Shown here one piece after another: positions 57,967-64,000 of a stretch of DNA of 64,000 nucleotides (positions are counted from its first letter, which is position 1; the number at the start of each line of letters is the position of its first letter). The position numbers and the translations under genes were made by a program. The notes beneath the pieces were generated by a model. That model did no database searches, was not told the DNA's origin, and saw nothing but the letters and a program-made list of their open reading frames with translations. The DNA lies in IMG/VR virus record IMGVR_UViG_2671180412_000004, one strand, 5' to 3'. The stretch comes from an uncultured virus (IMG/VR IMGVR_UViG_2671180412_000004) (lineage: Duplodnaviria > Heunggongvirae > Uroviricota > Caudoviricetes).

Positions 57967-59351
57967 GCGCAAAATTTTATACCCTGCTGACGGATATTGG
58001 CGCGGCGAAACTGGCAAGCGCTGCCGCGCTCGGTGTGCCGCTGAAAATTACCCAGATGGCGGTGGGGGATGGCGGCGGCGTGCTTCCAACTCCCAGCGCA
58101 CAACAGACGAAGCTGGTTTCCGAAAAGCGGCGCGCTGACCTGAACATGCTTTACATCGATCCGCAGAACAGCAGCCAGATCATTGCTGAGCAGGTGATTC
58201 CTGAAACTGAGGGCGGTTGGTGGATTCGTGAAGTTGGGCTGTTCGATGAAACGGGCGCGCTGATCGCAGTGGGAAACTGCCCGGAGAGCTACAAACCGCA
58301 GCTGGCAGAAGGGAGCGGCCGCACGCAAACAGTGCGCATGGTACTGATTACCAGCAGCACCGATAACATTACGCTGAAAATTGACCCGTCCGTAGTGCTG
58401 GCTACCCGCAAATATGTGGATGACAAGGTGCTGGAACTGAAGGTGTATGTAGATGAGCTGATGGCGGCGCATCTTGCTGCAGCTGATCCGCATACGCAAT
58501 ATGCGCCAAAAGCCAGCCCGACGTTTACCGGCACCCCAAAAGCCCCGACTGCAGCTGCAGGTAACAATACCACTCAACTTGCCACAACTGCGTTTGTTCA
58601 GGCGGCTCTGATCGCCCTGGTGAATGGTGCCCCGGCTACACTGGACACGCTGAAAGAAATTGCTGCGGCTATCAACAACGATCCTAATTTCAGCACCACC
58701 ATTAATAACGCGCTTGCACTCAAAGCCCCACTGGCAAGCCCGGCCCTGACCGGAACGCCGACAGCCCCCACGGCTGCGCAGACTGTCAACAATACGCAAA
58801 TAGCCACTACTGCTTTCGTAAAATCAGCTCTGGCTGCGCTTGTTGGCTCATCACCTGCGGCGCTTGATACCCTGAACGAGCTGGCGGCGGCGTTAGGAAA
58901 CGATCCTAACTTTGCAACCACCATGACAAATGCGCTGGCAGGCAAGCAGCCGCTGGATAGCACGCTGACAACTTTGTCTGGAAAAACCGCAGATGGGATT
59001 ATCGAATACCTTCGTTTGGGGGAAGCGGCGAAAAGGACTGTTGGAACCGGTGCAAATCAGATACCGGATATGACTGCATTCACATCTGATCTGCGATGGT
59101 TCAAATTACCTAGCGGCCATATTGTGCAGGTTTTTTCGGTTGATGTTTACAGCTCGGATGTAGAGGGAACGCCTGCGGTTTATCCAATAGCTTTCCCTTA
59201 TTCGTTACTGGCTATATCCGCCATATGGGTAGACCCAACGCAGACAGAAGCACCGACGTACAAAATCATCGGTGGTGATCGAACGCTCGCAAAAATTAAA
59301 ACATCAAAGGCAGGAAAGTACGGGACCATGATTATAGCCATCGGTAAATAA
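57963..59351 (+). CDS. H: Tail fibre gpH: constant region plus currently expressed variable tip
   Basis: P2 H N-terminal domain, duplicated LDTLxELAAALxNDPNF module; crossover site at 58999-59024 is in frame. Confidence 0.95.
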   Translation: MSAKFYTLLTDIGAAKLASAAALGVPLKITQMAVGDGGGVLPTPSAQQTKLVSEKRRADLNMLYIDPQNSSQIIAEQVIPETEGGWWIREVGLFDETGALIAVGNCPESYKPQLAEGSGRTQTVRMVLITSSTDNITLKIDPSVVLATRKYVDDKVLELKVYVDELMAAHLAAADPHTQYAPKASPTFTGTPKAPTAAAGNNTTQLATTAFVQAALIALVNGAPATLDTLKEIAAAINNDPNFSTTINNALALKAPLASPALTGTPTAPTAAQTVNNTQIATTAFVKSALAALVGSSPAALDTLNELAAALGNDPNFATTMTNALAGKQPLDSTLTTLSGKTADGIIEYLRLGEAAKRTVGTGANQIPDMTAFTSDLRWFKLPSGHIVQVFSVDVYSSDVEGTPAVYPIAFPYSLLAISAIWVDPTQTEAPTYKIIGGDRTLAKIKTSKAGKYGTMIIAIGK

Positions 59352-59355
59352 CGTT

Positions 59356-59697
59356 CGTTTGGGAGAAGCGGCAAAAATGGAGGCGGCCACCGCCCAGATC
59401 GGTGCTAATGGCTGGCTATATATTCCCGTTTCTGGCGGCAAAAAAATGCTGCTGCAGTGGGGGCTTTTAACCGGTGCGAGTAATTATTCTTTTAAATTCC
59501 CAATTGCATTTCCCGTAGGTGGTTTATGCCTGGTTGCAATGGCCCATACAACTGATTCCGCTGATGTGAGCATGGTAACTATGACTAATGGATTTATCAG
59601 GGATAAAACCAGCGCGTTTGCTTTGTGCGCCAGAACAGTGAACGGCGTGCAGCAACCTTTTGAACGTAGCGTTTACTGGGTCGCTGTTGGCTACTGA
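59356..59697 (+). CDS. Silent alternative fibre C-terminus (cassette 2)
   Basis: Begins RLGEAA at the site; LQWG...FPIAFP...AVGY. Confidence 0.88.
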   Translation, partial: RLGEAAKMEAATAQIGANGWLYIPVSGGKKMLLQWGLLTGASNYSFKFPIAFPVGGLCLVAMAHTTDSADVSMVTMTNGFIRDKTSAFALCARTVNGVQQPFERSVYWVAVGY

Positions 59698-59708
59698 CGT
59701 CAAAAAAT

Positions 59709-59766
59709 TGTGTGATTACTGACACATGGTAGCTAGATAATTATTTTACGAAACCGCACTTACGAT
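59709..59766 (+). promoter_or_regulatory. Ogr-type late promoter for the chaperone inside the shufflon
   Basis: TGT-N12-ACA at 59709-26; TACGAT at 59761-66, same spacing as pV. Confidence 0.7.
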
Positions 59767-59792
59767 CTGAGTCTCAAACTAAGGAGTGCGTT

Positions 59793-60266
59793 ATGAACTA
59801 TTGGTTTAGCCCTGCAAATAATGCTTTTTACCCCGTAGCTTTAAAGGAGTCTTATGTAAATGCAGGTAGTCTTCCTAATGATTTAATCGAAGTGGAGGAT
59901 AGTGTTTTTAGCGAATTTTCCGCGACGCCACCAGAAGGGAAATTGCGTGGCATTGGATCTGATGGTTTTCCGATCTGGATTGATATTCCCATTGTGGAAG
60001 AAAGCCCGGAACAAATCCAGGCACGCGCCCGTGCTTTGCGGGATGAATTCATCGTCAGTACAGATCGAATGCTTGTTTCTGATTACACTATCAACAATGT
60101 TTTATTAACCTCTGAGCAGCAAGCGGAACTTTTGGATGTAAGGCAAAAGTTTAAAGTTTGGCCTGAGAGTGAGGGATGGCCGCACATAGCGTTGCCTGCG
60201 ATACCTCAATGGATTCTCATTGAGGCAGTAAACAACGGTTACGTAGTAAAAAATTGGCCTGAGTGA
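59793..60266 (+). CDS. Tail fibre assembly chaperone
   Basis: FSPANNAFYP...PEGK...DGFPIWID N-terminus; AAGGAG RBS. Confidence 0.82.
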   Translation: MNYWFSPANNAFYPVALKESYVNAGSLPNDLIEVEDSVFSEFSATPPEGKLRGIGSDGFPIWIDIPIVEESPEQIQARARALRDEFIVSTDRMLVSDYTINNVLLTSEQQAELLDVRQKFKVWPESEGWPHIALPAIPQWILIEAVNNGYVVKNWPE

Positions 60267-60291
60267 AATAAAGCCCGTAAGGGCTTTATTT
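60266..60291. terminator. Bidirectional terminator
   Basis: aaataaagccc-gtaa-gggctttattt. Confidence 0.85.
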
Positions 60292-60321
60292 TTATACAGT
60301 CGGGTTAGCTACAGGATTAAA

Positions 60322-60690
60322 TTAAAACCCTATTGCAAACCACGTAAACATACGGGAATTACCAGGCAGAGTATCGTCAAGGAAAAACTGAGCGTTAACA
60401 CCCGTTTTCGTTGGGTAGCCGATTGAAACAGCTTGCCTTAAAGTTCTATAGATTGGCACATAATCATAATCGGATGCCCTCACGCCTGCGCTTGAATAGA
60501 CGCCGAAGCAGGCCGCAGGAAACGCTACGGGAAAAGTTATATCACACTTATAAGTAGTGCTTGTTACACCTCCCTCCCATCGTCCCCACTGCACCATTAA
60601 CGTAATACCGCCGATTAATGGGAATTTCGCCCAGCCGCTATTAGACAAAACGCCGCTCGCTGCGGCGAGTTTTGCCGCTTCTCCCAAACG
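60322..60690 (-). CDS. Silent alternative fibre C-terminus (cassette 3)
   Basis: RLGEAA...VQWG...FPVAFP...AIGF. Confidence 0.88.
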   Translation of the reverse strand, partial: RLGEAAKLAAASGVLSNSGWAKFPLIGGITLMVQWGRWEGGVTSTTYKCDITFPVAFPAACFGVYSSAGVRASDYDYVPIYRTLRQAVSIGYPTKTGVNAQFFLDDTLPGNSRMFTWFAIGF

Positions 60691-60695
60691 AACGT

Positions 60696-61064
60696 TTAAA
60701 ACCCTATAGCTGTAAACCGTGTTCCGGCATTACTTCTGGTTGAAAAATTTCGCGCCATTACCGATTTACGGGAATCAGTAACAGATTGAGCATCTACCCC
60801 GATAGAGATCGGCACGGTCGAATCTGCCGATCCGGCCGCGGTAAAAATCACGAAACACATTTGAGTTGGAAACGCTATTGGATAAAAAACCTCAATGGAC
60901 GTTCCAGCGGGGATGGAAGTTATTGCCCCGGTTTGAATGATTAACCCATTCGGGAACTTCGCGTAAGAGTTTGCACCCCCTGCAAAATTTGCAGCAAAAA
61001 GCCCCATATCTGGAAGTTGCCCGCTTGATGCACCAACCCCTCTTTTTGCCGCGTCCCCCAAACG
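60696..61064 (-). CDS. Silent alternative fibre C-terminus (cassette 4)
   Basis: RLGDAAKRGVG...QLPDM...YPIAFP...AIGF. Confidence 0.88.
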   Translation of the reverse strand, partial: RLGDAAKRGVGASSGQLPDMGLFAANFAGGANSYAKFPNGLIIQTGAITSIPAGTSIEVFYPIAFPTQMCFVIFTAAGSADSTVPISIGVDAQSVTDSRKSVMARNFSTRSNAGTRFTAIGF

Positions 61065-61076
61065 AACGTTATTTGC

Positions 61077-61436
61077 TTAATAGCCAATGGCTATAAACCG
61101 GAATGACACGTTTGCATTTAACGCATTTAGAACGGCTCCAGCCTGAGATAACTTAACCGCTCTTGTAGTAAAAGTTGAAAGGGTTGCAGGCGCTGCAGAA
61201 CCAAACCCAACGCCAGCATCCTCAGGATTATTATGCGTAACATATACTTGTGCAAACACGGATGGGAACGCGACAGGAAGCGAAGATGTGTAGACCTCTC
61301 CACTACCTGCTGTATTAACACCACCTTGCCCCCATTGAAGAATTAAATTTTTGTTACCACTCATCGGGATTTTGGCCCATCCGTTATAGCCAATAACACC
61401 GCTAACAGCTGGCAGCGTTGCCGCTTCCCCCAAACG
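61077..61436 (-). CDS. Silent alternative fibre C-terminus (cassette 5)
   Basis: RLGEAA...LQWG...LPVAFP...AIGY. Confidence 0.88.
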   Translation of the reverse strand, partial: RLGEAATLPAVSGVIGYNGWAKIPMSGNKNLILQWGQGGVNTAGSGEVYTSSLPVAFPSVFAQVYVTHNNPEDAGVGFGSAAPATLSTFTTRAVKLSQAGAVLNALNANVSFRFIAIGY

Positions 61437-61558
61437 AAGGTTTTTTATCCGCCACGGTCATGATTGTCCGTGTTGGCCATTCTCTGCAGTACAGTCAGAA
61501 ATGACCATGCTCGATAAAATGGTGGCATCATTCACCACTTTTTTAAGGGCGAAAAATC

Positions 61559-62146
61559 ATGCAAATCGGTTACGTGAGGGTGTCAACAAATGACCAAAAC
61601 ACGGCTTTACAACGAAATGCGCTGGAGTGCGCAGGATGTGAGCTGATATTTGAGGACAAAATGAGCGGAAAAACCTCAGATCGGCCAGGGCTAAAGAAGG
61701 TCCTGCGCACACTCTCAGAAGGTGACACGCTGGTAGTCTGGAAGCTGGACAGATTAGGCAGGAGCATGCGACATCTTGTTACGCTGATTGAAGACCTGCG
61801 CGGGAGAGGGGTAAATTTCCGCAGCCTGACAGACAGCATTGACACATCAACTCCAATGGGGCGTTTCTTTTTCCATGTTATGGGCGCCCTGGCTGAAATG
61901 GAACGTGAGCTAATCGTTGAGCGTACCCGCGCCGGGCTGGCAGCGGCCAGACAGCAAGGGCGTATCGGTGGCAGGCGGCCAAAACTGACAGAGCAGCAAT
62001 GGGCGCAGGCCGGGCGACTCCTTGAGGCAGGGGAAAGCAGGAAGCGTGTTGCGCTAATTTTTGATGTGGGTATCTCCACTCTGTACCGTAAATTTCCCGC
62101 GTCTGCCGTGGCGCCATTGTCTGAGCGGTCAGACACCCCTGTATAA
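61559..62146 (+). CDS. Serine DNA invertase (Hin/Gin/Pin/Min family)
   Basis: IGYVRVST catalytic Ser, KLDRLGRS, GGRRPK and C-terminal HTH. Confidence 0.95.
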   Translation: MQIGYVRVSTNDQNTALQRNALECAGCELIFEDKMSGKTSDRPGLKKVLRTLSEGDTLVVWKLDRLGRSMRHLVTLIEDLRGRGVNFRSLTDSIDTSTPMGRFFFHVMGALAEMERELIVERTRAGLAAARQQGRIGGRRPKLTEQQWAQAGRLLEAGESRKRVALIFDVGISTLYRKFPASAVAPLSERSDTPV

Positions 62147-62175
62147 ATGAACATGCTTTCTCATTTATGTAACCT
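62118..62175 (+). promoter_or_regulatory. Ogr-type late promoter upstream of the methyltransferase
   Basis: TGT-N12-ACA at 62118-35; TAACCT at 62170-75, same spacing as pV. Confidence 0.7.
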
Positions 62176-62204
62176 GAAATCAGGCACATAAGAGAGGCAA
62201 AGCT

Positions 62205-62957
62205 ATGCAAAAAGCGGTTATTGGGGCGGCAACGATTTACTGTGGTGACAGTCTGGAAATTTTGCGCGAACTCACTGGCGAATTTGATGCAGTAATTACT
62301 GATCCGCCTTATTCCAGCGGTGGTATGACGCGCAGTGATCGGCAGGCCAAACCCTCAGGGAAGTATGTAGGCAATAACAACTACCATGAGTTTTACGGCG
62401 ATAACAGAGACGTGCGATCCTGGGCGTTCTGGATGACGCAGTGGATGAGTCAGGTTAACCGCCTGGTCAAGTCAGGCGGGTATGCCATGGTTTTCACTGA
62501 CTGGCGGCAGCTTCCAACGCTTACTGACGTTTTCCAGGCTGGCGGTTTTGTATGGCGGGGGCTGATTCCGTGGGATAAAACCCTTTCAACCCGTGCGCCT
62601 CATACCGGTTATTTTCGCCATCAGTGCGAATACGTTGTCTGGGGAAGTAACGGACCATTGCCTAAAAGTCTGCATGGTGGACCCTGGCCGGGTATGGTGA
62701 CTCGCCGGGTTATTCCGTCTCAAAAACTCCATATGACCGGCAAACCGATTGAGCTTATGGAAAGCCTGATTGCCCCCGTTCCCCCTGGAGGCCATATTCT
62801 TGATCCATTTATGGGGAGTGCATCAACTGGCGTTGCCGCGCTGAGGAAGGGATATAAATTTACCGGGATTGAGATGAGCCAGCAGTATTTTGATATCTCA
62901 TGTGAACGCCTGGAAAAAGAAAACGCAGATATCCGCGCGGGCGTATTGTGTGATTAA
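62205..62957 (+). CDS. N6A/N4C DNA methyltransferase (beta class)
   Basis: ITDPPY precedes H...KP and ILDPFMGSASTG. Confidence 0.92.
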   Translation: MQKAVIGAATIYCGDSLEILRELTGEFDAVITDPPYSSGGMTRSDRQAKPSGKYVGNNNYHEFYGDNRDVRSWAFWMTQWMSQVNRLVKSGGYAMVFTDWRQLPTLTDVFQAGGFVWRGLIPWDKTLSTRAPHTGYFRHQCEYVVWGSNGPLPKSLHGGPWPGMVTRRVIPSQKLHMTGKPIELMESLIAPVPPGGHILDPFMGSASTGVAALRKGYKFTGIEMSQQYFDISCERLEKENADIRAGVLCD

Positions 62958-63004
62958 GGGAACAATGCCGCGTAGCTGTCTGCGCGGCCCATTCAATTCA
63001 CCAT
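62947..63004 (+). promoter_or_regulatory. Late promoter pF
   Basis: TGT-N12-ACA at 62947-64; CACCAT at 62999-63004. Confidence 0.75.
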
Positions 63005-63037
63005 AGGGCGAAACCTAAACACCGGAGGGTTCGCCGT

Positions 63038-64000
63038 ATGGCTCAGGATTATCACCACGGTGTGCGCGTCGTTGAGGTCAACGATGGCACCCGCCCCATT
63101 TCAACAGTAAGCACGGCAATTGTCGGTATGGTCTGTACCGGCGATGATGCAGATGCGTCCGTGTTCCCCCTCAATAAACCGGTCCTGCTCACCGACGTGC
63201 TGACCGCCAGCGGTAAAGCAGGCGAGTCCGGCACGTTGGCCCGCTCGCTGGATGCAATTGCCGACCAGGCTAAACCCGTGACCGTCGTTGTGCGCGTGGC
63301 TCAGGGTGAAACCGAAGCGGAGACAACCTCCAACATTATCGGCGGCGTGACAGCTGACGGTAAAAAAACGGGCATGAAAGCGCTGTTATCTGCGCAGTCT
63401 CAGCTCGGCGTTAAGCCGCGCATTCTGGGCGTGCCGGGGCATGACACGCAGGCGGTTGCCACTGAGCTGCTGAGCGTGGCGCAGAGTCTACGCGGGTTCG
63501 CCTATCTGTCAGCCTACGGCTGCAAAACGGTAGAGGAGGCCATTGCCTACCGCGCTAATTTCAGCCAGCGCGAGGGAATGCTGATCTGGCCTGATTTCAT
63601 CAGTTTTGACACCGTGCTGAATGCTGACGCAACGGCCTACGCCTCAGCCCGTGCGCTTGGTCTACGTGCCAAAATTGACGAGCAGACCGGCTGGCACAAA
63701 TCCCTGTCCAACGTGGGCGTGAACGGCGTCACCGGCATTTCTGCGGATGTGTTCTGGGATTTGCAGGACCCGGCAACCGATGCGGGGCTGCTGAACCAGA
63801 ACGATGTCACCACGCTGATCCGCAAGGACGGTTTCCGCTTCTGGGGCTCCCGCTGCCTCAGTGACGATCCTCTGTTTGCCTTTGAAAACTACACCCGCAC
63901 CGCGCAGGTACTGGCTGACACCATCGCCGAAGCGCACATGTGGGCGGTTGATGGCGTGCTTAACCCTTCGCTGGCCCGCGACATTATCGAAGGTATTCGC
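63038..64000 (+). CDS. FI: Tail sheath protein gpFI (truncated by the window end)
   Basis: Manual translation MAQDYHHGVRVVEVNDGTRPISTVSTAIVG; absent from the ORF track because no stop lies in the window. Confidence 0.93.
   Translation, partial: MAQDYHHGVRVVEVNDGTRPISTVSTAIVGMVCTGDDADASVFPLNKPVLLTDVLTASGKAGESGTLARSLDAIADQAKPVTVVVRVAQGETEAETTSNIIGGVTADGKKTGMKALLSAQSQLGVKPRILGVPGHDTQAVATELLSVAQSLRGFAYLSAYGCKTVEEAIAYRANFSQREGMLIWPDFISFDTVLNADATAYASARALGLRAKIDEQTGWHKSLSNVGVNGVTGISADVFWDLQDPATDAGLLNQNDVTTLIRKDGFRFWGSRCLSDDPLFAFENYTRTAQVLADTIAEAHMWAVDGVLNPSLARDIIEGIR

Larger units (their letters stand above)
58999..61450. mobile_element. Multi-cassette invertible region (shufflon) with five 26-bp hix/gix-like crossover sites
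   Basis: Forward sites at 58999-59024 and 59342-59367; reverse sites at 60679-60704, 61053-61078 and 61425-61450; all have core TT followed by CGTTTGGGRGAM. Confidence 0.92.
34520..64000. mobile_element. Prophage 2: 186/P2-like prophage, truncated by the window end
   Basis: Gene order int-cI-apl-cII-dam-A-tum-cos-Q-P-O-N-M-L-X-lysis-R-S-V-W-J-I-H-invertase-FI. Confidence 0.95.

Noticed and set aside
60284..60299. LexA-like CTTTATTTTTATACAG
   Set aside because: Mismatch in the invariant CTG, and it overlaps a terminator with no downstream gene start.
59359..61433. Cassette ORFs as independently translated genes starting at TTG
   Set aside because: The TTG lies within the crossover site with no RBS; they are better explained as silent fusion partners.
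58999..61450. CRISPR array or diversity-generating retroelement
   Set aside because: The repeats are about 350 bp apart, occur in both orientations and flank coding cassettes. There is no cas or reverse transcriptase gene, and an invertase is adjacent.
63007..63035. Hairpin covering the FI ribosome-binding site
   Set aside because: Real inverted repeat, but there is nothing to suggest it is more than ordinary late-gene leader structure.

Overview
The window is almost entirely prophage. Two P2-superfamily (Peduoviridae-type) prophages sit in tandem, delimited by 51-bp direct repeats of the 3' half of tRNA-Ile2(CAU) at 1976-2026 and 34469-34519. Prophage 1 (about 2.0-34.5 kb) looks complete and has an HP1/K139-like gene order. 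Prophage 2 (34.5 kb to beyond the window end) is 186/P2-like. Left of the first att is a decayed third element: a truncated 186-type cI joined to a broken HK97-type terminase, plus an intact TIR-domain gene. Accessory slots hold several AT-rich candidate anti-phage genes: TIR, KAP NTPase, PIN-like nuclease, NDT/TIR-like protein, DUF262-DUF1524 GmrSD-like nuclease, and an unrecognised small-protein plus membrane-protein pair. The most striking structure is a five-cassette tail-fibre shufflon in prophage 2. It has five 26-bp hix/gix-like sites and a serine invertase. The fibre chaperone inside the invertible DNA has its own Ogr-type late promoter, and a DNA methyltransferase downstream also has a late promoter, a layout resembling Mu gin-mom. 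All calls come from reading motifs and synteny by eye; no database searches were run.
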